DNA of 58,252 nucleotides, filler included, from Dirinaria sp. TL-2023a (taxonomy: Eukaryota): the NCBI GenBank assembly GCA_051941275.1. It is 8 parts of 8 records of this genome, joined end to end, with 100 filler letters (N's around TTAATTAATTAA, not from the genome) between each part and the next. Parts side by side here need not be neighbours in the genome. Positions count along the whole stretch, not along the records: positions 36,486 to 43,676 come from JAVEBF010001352.1; positions 43,777 to 50,965 come from JAVEBF010001353.1; positions 51,066 to 58,252 come from JAVEBF010001354.1; 5 more parts are not named here. One strand, given 5' to 3'. The notes under the pieces were generated by a model, which saw only the letters and a program-made list of their open reading frames with translations, was not told where the DNA came from and did not search any database. Below are positions 38,072 to 51,852 of this stretch, piece by piece. Within the stretch, counting starts at the first letter, position 1; every line of letters starts with the position of its first letter. Position numbers and translations under genes: made by a program.

Positions 38072-39164
38072 TATACTATCTTGCATGTGCTCAAGCCAGA
38101 CACGGCTTCTCTTGCAAACTGGATGCTTTACGGGACCCAAGATTTGGGAGACCGACTCGAAAAAAGCGATGAAGGCAGAGTCAATTAAATCTGGAGAACA
38201 TGCACCGATTCAGTGAAGGCGCATAAAGAGTGTTGCGCGCTTACCTCAGCTCGGATCCAAGGACAATGAAGAACAGAGAGGTAGGGACTGTGATGGTCTT
38301 AAATACCCAGAGAGAGTGCTAGAATTGAAACACAAATAGGAGAACGCCGTACATGAAAACATCAGAAATTTACTGCCTCAACAATGCTGCGAGGCTGCCA
38401 CTCGTCAGAAACTAAAACATTCCCTAGCGCGCTGATCTCGCGTAGGACTGCGCTTAGGGTTCGACGGGGGCAATTCTCATGACAGCGCAAACCTCAACTC
38501 TTGGACCATCCGCTTCCATTCAACTTTAACGGACAAGACCCCCACCAAGAGACGATAACTCTGACACATGACCACTCCCCCTTAATGGAGATCCTATCTC
38601 GTGACCATCGATACGGGGTTTTAGTCTCTATACGATTGGACGATAATCGGTTCGCTTGAGTCTTGGTCCGTGATACCAAGAATGCTACGGCATATGTAGT
38701 ATATCGAGGATAGTAATAGTAAGCTTCTGAGGTATTTACAGCCTGTGTTGATCGAATCAATGTCGTGGAGAAATCAAATCGGTTTCCATAGGTTTAGGCT
38801 CATATGGCGGGCTGCTTGGCTCGATTTGATGTAGCAGTTCAACAGACAATCACAATGTCAGGTGTCATTTCAACCTATCCGCATAAAGGCTTCTAAGCCA
38901 TTTGACTCGCTTGGTCTATGAGGGACATAATAATTGAAAAGTGTCCCGAGGGTCCCGCACCGGCTCGATGGATGGATCTTTGATGCTCGGCACTGTTGCC
39001 TAATACAGTTAGGAGCAAACGGTGCTTGCACGCCAAAGAAGTGTGCGACTAGGTATATGATAGCTCAGTCTACATTCAGACTCTCGAAACAAGGTGATAG
39101 AAAGCCCCGATGAGCTGGCGTGAGCTATACGATGCACTCGGTGCGCTGCGAGTTGCTGAAATGT

Positions 39165-41240
39165 CTACTTATTTGAAGGACGAACCTCTAAAAGCTCCTC
39201 GAGCACCTTTGTTGCCTGTTCGGGATCCACACTCCTTCCCCCTTGCTTCATCATCTGCCCGACAAACCATTTCAGTTTTCCAGCTTGACCTTTTTTGATC
39301 TTCTCGACCATGCGCTGATTGGCTCCTATTAAGCTTTGAGCCATATCCATATACGTTTCCCTGGATAATTGTCGTAGCTCTAGACCGTCTTGCTTGATGA
39401 TATCGTCGATATCGCGTCTGTCACCATCCGCGCGCATCATCAAAAGCTTTTTGGCTGTCTGGGCTGTGATCTTGCCCCTAACAAGATTGTGTAGAACGCG
39501 ATCAATCGACCAGAATGACGTGAGCCCAGGACTTTCATCCTTGGTGCTCCGAATACCGGGAAGCTCGTGCACAATCCTGACGGGCGTACGTTAATTCCAA
39601 AGCTTGGGTTGAGCGTACAAAGACGATACTTACCAATTTGCAACTAATCTGGCGTATCTCTGGGTCGCCTCTTCTGTTGCGCCCTCATTGCCATCCTCCC
39701 CTACCAACCTGATGAGGCTGCTCAAAGTCTTGTCGAAGTACTGCAGTTGCTCTCCATTATCAGAAGCAACTATTATCTTTGCGTCTTTTAACTGAAGGCC
39801 TAATTCATGCGTGAGATTGTGGATGGATTGATCTGGCAACTCTGGTAGCGTAGATGAGATATGATCGATGAGGTCCTGCGATCAAGATCAGCAGTGATTC
39901 ACTTGATGGACATATTCGAAGCGTACTTGACTGATGATTACAGGCCCTAGATCAGGGTCGGGCATGTAGCGGTAATCTACTTCTCCCTCCTTACCTCGTA
40001 GCCTTGTGGTTTCAGAGCTTCCAAGCGACCAGCCTCGCGTCTCACCCTCAACAACACCACCAGACTCTAAGACCTCGATTTGGCGGTCACGTTCGGCGAC
40101 GATAGCCTCCTCAATTGCCTTGAAGCTGCTTAAATTCTTGATCTCAGTTCGCTGACCAAGGCCTCCGACCCCGTGGTAGGTATAAGTGGTCGTAGACTCA
40201 TTTGCCTTATGAAGAGGCCGCACAGAGACATTGATGTCAGCGCGCAAGCCTCCCATCTCCATTCCCGTGGTGACCGCATTGACAGTCTCTAGCAGGGCCT
40301 GTATTTTCTTGACACATGCAGCTGCGGTCTGGGGACTGTGGATCTGTGGAAGCGTGATGATCTCGATCAGTGGATGGGAGACGCGGTTGAAATCGAGTAG
40401 TATTGTGGAGGGGGCCTGTTGGATCGTCTTCGCAGTGTCCTGCTCCATTTGGATTTGTTTGATGCCGATGGTGACTGATTTCCCATCTTCCGGCGCAATG
40501 CCGTCGTGGTCGTATAGAACGATGCTCCCATCCTTCGCAAACGGCTCTGTGCCAGTAATCAATAGAGAAGCGCGCGTTGTGGCGAACATTCATACCGTAG
40601 TATTGAGTAATCTGATACCCGGCTGGCTGATCAGGGTAAAAGTAATGTTTCCGATCAAAACTGCTCTTTCTTTGGATATTGCAATTCAGGGCGATTGCAG
40701 CTCGTAAAGCGGGTATCAGAGTCGCCTTTTGGAACTCCTAAGCAAACGTAAGCTCCAGGATACCAGTGCCAGACAGATGCTACTGCCTTACTGGCTGACT
40801 GCCGGGATATGCTAGGTCGAAGTATGCGACGTGAGTGTTTGGTTCGGCATCAATTGACGTTCTTGCCCCTTAGACTGGTCAATGCTGGATCTTAGGCAGT
40901 GTTCATACGTCGGAAGCTTACTCGAGAAGAGTTTACGTTCTGTGTTCAATTGCGCATGAACCTCGATGCCTACCGTCAGCTGCCAGCTTTTTGCTTTCTC
41001 TTTCCTTGTCTTTCGCAATGTTTCATGTGTTGAGTCTCCAGTGAGTCGTCTCTGCCTTGCTTCATCCTTCAGCTGCTTGCGAAAGGGTACTTCGGGCCCT
41101 GGCGTAGCAGCTGTCGCCAGAGCTTGCCGATTTTCCAGGCTCCATCGCTGCGATTTGCTGATTAATGACCATCCCGATCGCTTGACGTAGCACGCGGTAG
41201 AAAGGGTTCTGAGGCCTGAAGACGCAGATGCGATGGACAT
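39165..41240 (-). CDS. PET112: Mitochondrial Glu-tRNA(Gln) amidotransferase subunit B (multi-exon)
   Basis: [83 protein letters not shown]. Start inferred. Confidence 0.92.
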
Positions 41241-41558
41241 GGGCGCCTCATGCTCACTGGCACGAGGGGACAGGGCAGTCGATAGTGATAGGACTTCGAC
41301 AAGCGGAAGTTGGAGCTGCGGAAATTGAACCAATCAGAGCGCGTCCTTGAATTACCCGCCTCCTTTTCGTCCCAGGTTTCTCTTCTCAAGGTTCTCAAGC
41401 TCGCTCACCAACGACTGGTCTTACTTTCTCCGCTTTCTGCGATAACGACATCAAGGTAGTAAGTATGCTTTTCGATCTTCTATCTCAACTGTGCAGGCAC
41501 CAAAATAATGCTATCGAGGTATATATCCATCTTTCAACGCCTGCAATCTGCGTGTAAC

Positions 41559-43275
41559 CTAATCTTTCACCAGCAGACTTGTGCCACCCATTTCTTCTGG
41601 CTGCTCAAGTCCCATCACCTCCAGTATTGTCGGTGCAACATCTCCTATCACGCCGTCCTGCTTCTTCAGACTCCAGCCTTGTGGAGCGTTCGCCATGATG
41701 AAAGGCACTTTATTCGTCGTGTGCGATGTCTTAGGCTTTCCTTGTTCATTCAACATCTCTTCGGCGTTGCTGTACAATGATCAGCCTTCTCCTTGTCTCA
41801 TGGTTCCTACTACACTTACCCATGGTCTGCCGTAATGAAAAGCACAAATCCTTCCTTCTTGCATGTTTCGTATACCTTTCCAATCGCCTCATCGGTGGCC
41901 GCAACACCTTTGATTGCAGCTTCATACACCCCAGTATGACCAACCATATCCGGTGGCGCGAAATTGTTCATCAAGAACTCGTGTTTGCCTTCACTGATTC
42001 TTGAGCAGAGCTTATCTGCGACACCAGCAGCGCTCATCTTCGGGTCCAGATCATACGTCGCAACCTTTGGTGAGGCTATCATATCCCTGTCTTCGTTTTC
42101 GAATTGCTTCTCGACACCGCCGTTGAAGAAGAATGTGACATGAGCGTATTTCTCTGTTTCAGCTATGTGGCATTGCTTCACCCCTTGTTTACTGAGCCAT
42201 TCCGCAAGGACGTTCCCCATGTGCTGCGGCGTGAAGGCGACAGGGAACGGGTAATCCGTCTTGTACTGAGTCATGGTGGTGATGGAAATGCTCTTCGGGT
42301 AAGGGAAATCAGGTTTGGGACTACGATCAACGTCGCCGAGAAGCTGTGTTACTTCCCGAACTCTGTCTGAGCGGTAGTTGAAGAAAAATAGCGTATCGTT
42401 GTCTGGCATTCCCGTCAGTATGGCTGTCTCTTTGCTAGGCTCAACAAGTGCTCACCTTGAACACGAGCCTCTGCACCTCCAACAATAATTGGTTTCAGAA
42501 ATTCATCGTTTTCCCCTTTTGAATATCTCTCCTTGATCGTCGCGACTGGATCTGTACTCTCTTCCCCCTCTCCAAGCACGACTCCTTTCATACCTACCTC
42601 AACACGATCCCATCTCTTATCACGGTCCATAATATAGTATCGCCCTACCACTGTTGCAATTTGGCCTATGTCAATCTCCTTTAATTTTGATAGCAGATCC
42701 TGCATGTACCCCGCAGCTGACTTAGGATCCGTATCTCGACCATCGCCAAAGAAGTGGACGAAAACCTTTGGGACATTCATTTCCTTAGCGACCTTCAAGA
42801 GCCCTAGCAGGTGGTTAATGTGTGAGTGGACACCTCCATCAGACACAAGGCCAAGCAGATGGAGCCTGCCATTCCCATTGACCGCCCGTTTGAAGCTGTC
42901 GGTCAAGGTCTTGTTCTTATTGAACTCGCCTTTCTTCAGCGTCTGGTCTATCCGTACAACGTCCTGCCATACAACCCTTCCAGCGCCAATGTTCAGGTGG
43001 CCGACTTCGCTATTACCCATCAGACCTTCCGGAAGACCGACGGCCAACGAGGAGGCTTCGAGCTCGGTATAGCCTTGTGCGGTCTTTGAGTTGGGTGCCG
43101 CAAAGCTGTCCATGACTGGGGTCTCTGCCGCGGCGATAGCGTCGCCATCTTTGGGGGAACTCTCGCTAGGGATTCCCCAGCCATCTATCACGACTGCGCA
43201 AAGTGTCAATGGCTGTTGATAGACAATGTTCAGATGCGACGTACTCAGCACTGCTTTCTGGTCTACCTTGACCAT
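41559..43275 (-). CDS. gpmI: 2,3-bisphosphoglycerate-independent phosphoglycerate mutase (4 exons)
   Basis: VIDGWG, GLMGNSEVGHLNIGAGR, LVSDGGVHSH, DGRDTDP, DRDKRW, AETEKYAHVTFFFNGG, PDMVGHTG, TADHGNAE. Confidence 0.96.
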
Positions 43276-43676
43276 TTTCAGGGTAGAAGTAGCTTGACCT
43301 AATATAGACCTATCGATGCTGTAGGCGATCCTTCTGAATACTGTCTTGTGTCAAAATCAGTCGTTCAATTGCAATTGGCATCGGCGATGTTGAACGCAAA
43401 AAGAAATTTCGGCTTTTGATGGCGGGAGGGGCATCGGCGCCGCGACGCCAACGCGGAAACTGCCCGCGTTCACTCCGGTCCTTTTTTCTTATCACATTGT
43501 CTCGGCCCGGCTGATATTCCGTAGTCAGTGCAGTAGCGTCTTCAACCCGAGCCCTAACATCTTCCGCACCTTACTGCATTCGCAACTATCAAGTACTTTC
43601 GGAAAGCGCGATTCAGCCATTTCCTTCAGAGTAATCCTCTCTAGGATACCCTGTTGGCCATCGCAATGCCCTCCAC

Positions 43677-43776
43677 NNNNNNNNNNNNNNNNNNNNNNNN
43701 NNNNNNNNNNNNNNNNNNNNTTAATTAATTAANNNNNNNNNNNNNNNNNNNNNNNNNNNNNNNNNNNNNNNNNNNN
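43677..43776. other. Artificial contig-joining spacer
   Basis: N44-TTAATTAATTAA-N44. Confidence 0.98.
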
Positions 43777-44039
43777 GGCGGAGCGAAGGCGCAAAGAGAA
43801 GGGAAGGGAAGGGGTGGTAATATGATTTATCGATGTGTGGTTAATTTCTTTTTTTCTTCCAATGACGAGCTTTTTTCTTTCGGGCTCTTTCCCATTCCAT
43901 GAGAAATATGGCAAAAGGGGGGTTCGCAATGCCGCTGCTCACAAACAAAAGCTCCAGCTCCAGCCTCCCGTACATACATACATCAGAGTTTGGATCAAAA
44001 CCTATGTACTTTTCGATCTACCTACCATAGCTGTCACAC

Positions 44040-45550
<1,511 letters not shown>

Positions 45551-46821
45551 GGTTGGTTGAAGTGGTGTGTAACGGGGTGGAAGCTGTGGTATTTCGGTAG
45601 CGTCCAACCACAGAAGGTCAATGACAATCTAGTAAGCAGGTCCAATGATCCAGAAAGTGAGTAGGATTAATATTGACTTGATGTTGAAACGAAGGTTTGT
45701 AACAACTGAAAATCCATCCCGCAATTCCACCCCCGCATTCGCCATGTCACCATGTGTGTCGGGATGGTGTCATTGCCTGTGGCTTCCATTGGGCGCGTCT
45801 AAGTGTCCAGCAAGGCACGAAAGTATGAAGGTTGAGAGAACCTGCTAGCATTGGAACAACAAGAAGAGTCGGCACTGCAAAAGCCAAATGATCCTCTGCT
45901 ATAGATTAATCGTTTTTTGCTTGCATCTAGATTTAATCAAGATAAAAGATCTCTATCATGAACCACGTTCGATTCATCAAGCAGGAATTGGTCTTGGCAC
46001 ACGTCACATTTTGCTCACAATTCCTTAAGGGGAGATATCTGCAGCAGCAAGGGTCAGGTAAGGAAGGTAAAGTACTCGTACCTTACCTTGCCTAGGTATG
46101 TACTCTCACGTCAGCTCTTCTCCGCTCTCTATTGAGCCTCATGACCGAACAAGTGCCGCCCAGCTGCTGTGCTCCCATCCGGTACAGGAACCGCTAGCCT
46201 TCTTCGAGATTTTCTCGCCTCACTGTCGGATTTCGACTTTGTCACCGGTGATGCTTCCCGCCAGTAAACATTGGACTTCGGTCTACTACCATCGAATTCC
46301 TGGTCCATCCACCTGGCCAAGGTCCCTCCACTGTACCGGAACGGTGTCCGGTTCCTTGTGGCATAGGATTTAAACTGATAGGCGCGGGCAGAGCTCCGTC
46401 AAGAAGCTGGCCACTGCGGAGGAAGGTCCGTCGAGGAACACCTGACCGAGTAGCCTTGAATCAACCAGGTTGGGAATCCCAAAGACAATAGCACGGAGGC
46501 GGAAACCTTTGGGGGCAAGCTCATGACTCACTGAATAAGCGCTGAGATTCAATCAGAGTAATGCTCCTTGAGGAAGAGGTGCTGCGTTGGTCAATATCGC
46601 CGATAGAAGCGAGCAACTCGTCCTCTTCTACCTGAGACATGGATTAGCATCAACCCAGCCCATATGTCACCAGAGGTTCTCGAAGCTCGAAAAAACAAAG
46701 CACAGTGGGCAACTGCACACCATAACGTGTGACAAAGAGCACTTGATCAAAGAAGTTATAGGCCAAAACGAAGGTTTCGAAACCTGGAGAAAAGCAGGCT
46801 CATTTACGACAATTGTTTAAT

Positions 46822-46869
46822 TCTACAGGTAGGAAGGTAATCTACAGGTAGGAAGATAATCTACAGATA
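46822..46869 (+). repeat. 19-bp tandem repeat, about 2.5 copies
   Basis: TCTACAGGTAGGAAGGTAA / TCTACAGGTAGGAAGATAA / TCTACAGATA. Confidence 0.85.
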
Positions 46870-47369
46870 CTTTGTTTTTTCCGCGTGTTATGTGAAGATG
46901 TCGCAGCATCAGCCAAGATCCGATGAAAAGCCAACACCTTTTTACGAGCCAAGCAGAATTCATGAGAAGACCAAATTGGCTACAAGGGCTGTTACCACGG
47001 ACCTCTGGAGGAATGCCAGCTTTTCTCAGTAGTCATCGGGATTGGTTCGAGGCTGAGTAGCCGAAGTCATGATCCGTGCTTTGTCATAAAAAATGGACAA
47101 CATTATGGCTCTCAACGAAACTTGACGTTTCAGTCATGTATTTTCATTTATTATACAGCTAGCCAACTAGTGAAGGGGAACAATTTCACAGCGGCCGCAT
47201 CAACCACAGCACCATGACGTCGCAAGAGCGTTGTCAATCAGTGCTTTCGTCCCTCATTGCCCTATAGGAATCGATAATCAAGTCTGAAGCCGGCAGGATC
47301 GATGCTTTGTTGCTGGATGATGTGGACCGTTCGATGACCACACTCTCTGAAGGTGAAGAAGCCGACCAT

Positions 47370-47846
47370 TCAAGGCACACTCGTTCGAGGGGCTACGGCA
47401 TTGGCGCTCTGTGCACTCTTCGAATTTTTGATGCTCGTCAAGGCCGCTTGCAACTTGGGGAAGAAGTCCCGATTGACTCCCACATCCACGTACTCCTTCT
47501 GGTCGGAGATCTTTCCCTGCTCATCAAATCTCAATACCCACATGTACTCATTAGCGTACTCCCCCGCTGCTGTGTCTGCTCGGGCTCTCAGGTGCATCAC
47601 AATCTTCCTCTGCTCGACATCTTCGATGATCTCATAGAGCGTTAATGAGAAATTCCGGAAAGCAGGTAAAAGGGACCTCAAGGTATCACGGTAGGCGTCA
47701 TTGGATTGGGAGGGATAGTTGAGTGAGTAGGGCAGGATCTGGCGCATGCATCCAGGTGCACGAAAAGAGATGATGTCTGGTATCGACATGGAATTGAATG
47801 CATCGATCAGGGCGTTTGCTGTCTGGCGTTGAACGGTAGGAGCCAT
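47370..47846 (-). CDS. NTF2/SnoaL-like protein (AusH/AusJ/Trt14-like)
   Basis: 158-aa intronless ORF: RQTANALIDAFNSM...RAPGCMRQILP...GEYANEYMWVLRFDEQGKISDQKEYVD. A TA-repeat/TATA tract lies about 100 bp upstream. Confidence 0.82.
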   Translation of the reverse strand: MAPTVQRQTANALIDAFNSMSIPDIISFRAPGCMRQILPYSLNYPSQSNDAYRDTLRSLLPAFRNFSLTLYEIIEDVEQRKIVMHLRARADTAAGEYANEYMWVLRFDEQGKISDQKEYVDVGVNRDFFPKLQAALTSIKNSKSAQSANAVAPRTSVP

Positions 47847-48183
47847 GGCTGTGGCGAGTCTCGGAAGCGAGAAGATGGGAAAAGGGGAAAAAGTTTGAGG
47901 GGAATGGGAAGAAGTTCCATATTGCGAGAGTTAGATCTGTAGATATATATATATATATATCAGTGATTGCTGTGTTCACAAACATTTCAATAAAAATTGC
48001 TATGGTCGAGTGCTTAGCGTGACGGCAGAGCGCAGTCCAGATCCAGACAGATTGCGGCAGTAGATGCTGCCGATCCGCATCATTTGGCGAGTTTAGTGAC
48101 AGACGAAGGAATCCACGCGAAGAGGCCGAGGTGGGCCAGACCGGTCCACTCCGAACTGGAATAATTGGCGGCCCGAGGGATGT

Positions 48184-48236
48184 GCCAAGCGAGCCAAGCA
48201 CCCAAGCCGAGTCAAGCTAGCTCGGGCTAGCTTGGC
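48184..48236. promoter_or_regulatory. Cluster of three PacC-consensus sites (GCCARG)
   Basis: GCCAAG at 48184 and 48193, CTTGGC at 48231; about 340-390 bp upstream of the NTF2-like gene. Confidence 0.4.
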
Positions 48237-49605
48237 TTCGACCGAAGAAGCTACGAAGCCACATCGGGGAGCTATCTAACTTATCTCACGCCCCAAGCCG
48301 AGCTATGCGGCCAACCCTATTACTCTTCCGGTAATCTTCAAGACCACCACATCACCATTTGAGATACAGGGTGAGGACTGCTTTCGACAGCCATTGGTCC
48401 TCAGCCACTAGGGTGCCAAACGTCATCCGCATATTGACTGCATGGCTCGTCCGATACAGGTTAGGTCTCGTGCTCGTCCAAGATCTTTCTCGAGTGCCCG
48501 ATTCCATTTCGGGATGACAGAATGGCAGCGAAATCAGATATGACATGTGCCATTTGAGAGAAGCGGCCGCGGTGTGCTGGCCAAGCTGTCGAACGCCACC
48601 GGTTCCGGCAAGATCTGCTACTCTGCGATTTCAAATATCCCTTCTCGTTGCCACTGGGCTGTCCAGACCATCCCGCTCTGGTCGTGCTCGTCAACCTGGA
48701 AGTCTTCATCGCCGATGCTGCATCTTGCCGATCGTAGGTATGTTTTGCGCTGATGACCTCGGCCATTGCGTCATGTAGCCAGCCCTTCTGAGTTGGCATA
48801 AGTTCAAAGCTACCAATTTGGGAGTGTGAAATCCCCTGAAGCCACCTCCTTACATAGCTGACTCTGTGATCCCGTGTGATCAAAGCTCAACTGCAGCCGC
48901 TTTAGGTACCGATGGCTGTCTTGGGGGTTCAGTTCAAGTCGAATCTCAGCCTCGGCGTTGGCATTTGCATTGTGAAACACTTCTCGAGACATCCTGAGAT
49001 GCGTCATGTCACGCCATCCTCTTTCAAGCAAATCATCAAGGACCGAGAAAGGACGTTGACGCGCAGGCAAATGGTTCGTGGCCCATTCACTTGGCTCGCG
49101 ATTTCTGTTGCGCCGAGTCCGAGCTTGATAGTTTTGAAAGCTCATTCGCTTGGTCGTATGCTAAAATTCCATGCTGGCTCATAGCATTGATCATAATACA
49201 TCTCCCCTGTCTGTTGCAGACGCTCCGAGAGCGTCATTGGGCGAACCTCGTTCGAGGACAACCACGAGAAGGGCAAGCAACGGGAATATCTTCGACGAAA
49301 CAAATGTTCAGACGTCGTCGCCGCATGACAAGACATGAATTCGCGACATGTACGACATCGCTGTATCCACATTCGCTGCACTCGAATTTATAAGAACGGA
49401 ATCTCCTCTAGCAGGTGGGAGCTTCTCATTCCGTATACCACAAAAATACTGAAGATAGGACTATCATCTCTCCGCTTGTTATTTCATCCATCGTATTGCA
49501 GTCATCATAACGTGTGACATACTTTTTCAATTGCCATCTGGTTGCTGTATTAAGAACTCTATCCTCCTTCTAATCTCTACATCCTTTTCACTTGCTCCTT
49601 CAAAG

Positions 49606-50469
49606 ATGCCCGGCTTTCCCATCGCTCCAGCTCTAGTGGTAGCGCTGTCACTGTTCCACTCGGCGAGGGCTTTGCCTGAACGGCGGGGAGTCGTTGTTCG
49701 CTCCGCGCCTAAATTCCAGACCCAAGCCATCTACCCGATCTTCCCAGCTACTGACGAGAGTCCAGCCCTGATCCTTGATAGGCGTCAGGCCTCGACTGGC
49801 GTTGCTGTGGTCAGACGACAAGCCTCCACCGGCTTTATCAAGGTCAGACAAGTTGCCACCGAAGAGCCGTCCACACAGCCTGTAGCTGTTTCCACTGCCT
49901 CTGAAGTGCCAAGTCCGACCGCTAAAGAATCAAATGATGCAACTGTAGCTCCTAGCACGTCCCAAGCTCTAGGAGTGGAGACGACACCCATCGCTCCAGC
50001 CTCAACCGCCGGATCACCCGTCGTTTCTACTCCGACAATACAGACATCCGCCGCTCCAGTCGCAACTAGCGAAGCGTCACCCATCAATACTCCGACAGAA
50101 TCGCAAGATCCAATAACGCAGACCTCTGTCGGCCCAGTCGCTACCACCGCAGCAGTACCCAGTAACACTCCAATAGAAAGCGAACCACAGACGACCCCCA
50201 ACACTCCAGTCGCTACCAGCGAAGTACCACCTAGTAGCACTCCACTAGAAACCCAACCACAGACAACAACGCCCAACGCTCCAATCTCGTCCAGCGAAGC
50301 ACCGACCCCTATAACCCCTACCACCCTCCAAACACAAGCAACCCAAACGGTCGTCGATGAAGATTCAGTCCTGTCTACCGAAACGGCAGCTGCGAGTACT
50401 CCAATAGCACAGACTAGTGCTCCCGTCGCTCCCATCTCGACCGCCGCAGCAGCAACCGATGTTGCGTAG
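49606..50469 (+). CDS. Secreted Ser/Thr/Pro-rich protein with dibasic-site repeats (287 aa)
   Basis: Signal peptide MPGFPIAPALVVALSLFHSARA, then RRQASTG x2 and RQVAT, then repeated APVATSE/TPxE/TPN motifs. No hydrophobic GPI tail. Confidence 0.78.
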   Translation: MPGFPIAPALVVALSLFHSARALPERRGVVVRSAPKFQTQAIYPIFPATDESPALILDRRQASTGVAVVRRQASTGFIKVRQVATEEPSTQPVAVSTASEVPSPTAKESNDATVAPSTSQALGVETTPIAPASTAGSPVVSTPTIQTSAAPVATSEASPINTPTESQDPITQTSVGPVATTAAVPSNTPIESEPQTTPNTPVATSEVPPSSTPLETQPQTTTPNAPISSSEAPTPITPTTLQTQATQTVVDEDSVLSTETAAASTPIAQTSAPVAPISTAAAATDVA

Positions 50470-50965
50470 ACAGCATCGCAAACCCCCTATGGGCTAATCT
50501 TCCCCCCCACACCCCCCGGTCGGTCGGTCGGTCCAACACCATGCAAGCAGGTATCTGGGTATCGAACTAAAGGGGTTGGCGATAACTTCCAGTCTCTGTT
50601 GGTATCTATTTTGCACAGGCTAGGAGTTTCCGGGTTTCTCTGGACCATTAGACTTTTCTTGTTTTCAAGAGACGGGGCCAGCTTCTATCAATTAATACTG
50701 AATTTACATAGATCGATAAAAAAAAAAAGATGGTCGTTGGCGCTTTCTATACAATTTTTTTTTTTTTTTTTTTTTGCTTTTCTTTCCTCAGGCGTTTATT
50801 CACACCCTTCCCCTGTTTAGATTAAGGCATAATCATAATCATCGCTTGAGCCCACCTCGCACAAGCATTCATATTTCAAAGGGAGGAAAAAAAAAAAGCC
50901 CCCCCAACTCTCGAATCAAGCATTCATTTACCTTAGTACCTTATTCGTACACCCCTACTCCTCTC

Positions 50966-51065
50966 NNNNNNNNNNNNNNNNNNNNNNNNNNNNNNNNNNN
51001 NNNNNNNNNTTAATTAATTAANNNNNNNNNNNNNNNNNNNNNNNNNNNNNNNNNNNNNNNNNNNN
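50966..51065. other. Artificial contig-joining spacer
   Basis: N44-TTAATTAATTAA-N44. Confidence 0.98.
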
Positions 51066-51852
51066 CTGCCGTCCCATTTCGAACAGGCCAAACACCCAAG
51101 ATGTATATATACGAACTAGAAACAAGAAAAGCTTAACCCGCGTCTCTTTTCTTTGCGGGGGGTCCGTAATGATACTCCGTATCTAGTCTAGAAGGTAATC
51201 TTAGAATTGCAGATGCAATACATACATGGATTGATGCTACCTACCTACATACATATCTGACACCCTAAGGTAGAACGCTTATGTATCTGATGTTGTTCTA
51301 GTAGATAAAGTGTATATACAATACAATACCGATAAATGCTGCTGTAAGCTAAGTAAGGTAAGGTAAGGTAGAACAAAATCAAAATCAAGACGTGAAGTGA
51401 GGTGGTGAATGACGGTTTTTTGAAGGATGTATAGATGGATGTATGGATTAAAGTATAATCGATTACTTCTTCTTTCTCTAAGGTATTGATTGACTCGATT
51501 TTGGTGGAGGTGGAGATGGGCGCTTGATCCTATTTTTTTTTTTTTTTTTGGTTTTTTTGATGATGAACCTTTGAGAACAATAAAATAAAAATCGGGTTCT
51601 ATTTGTATTTGTATTTCATACTCATTCATGATCATAATCATAGACTTTCTACCGAAATCCTCACCGAAACTTTCTTTCGATCTTCATTTTCCTGGGAACG
51701 ACAGTTCTCATCTATTCTTTCCCCCCTTTTTTTTTTTAGAGTAGGGGTCTTTTATTCTCATCTATCGTTACTCGTTCTCCTTCGCGACCCCTCTCCCCCT
51801 TTCTATTTTCCCTCTTCCTTTCCCTCATCCCCCTCCTCTCTCTTTTTCCACC

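Noticed and set aside
41559..43275. Bacterial-type iPGM as a recent horizontal transfer
   Set aside because: Cofactor-independent PGM is the normal form in many filamentous ascomycetes, and this copy has three spliceosomal introns.
48352..49145. PIF/Harbinger transposase remnant suggested by HLRMSREVF
   Set aside because: A single short motif; the expected downstream helix motifs and DDE residues are not visible in any frame. BLASTx would settle it.
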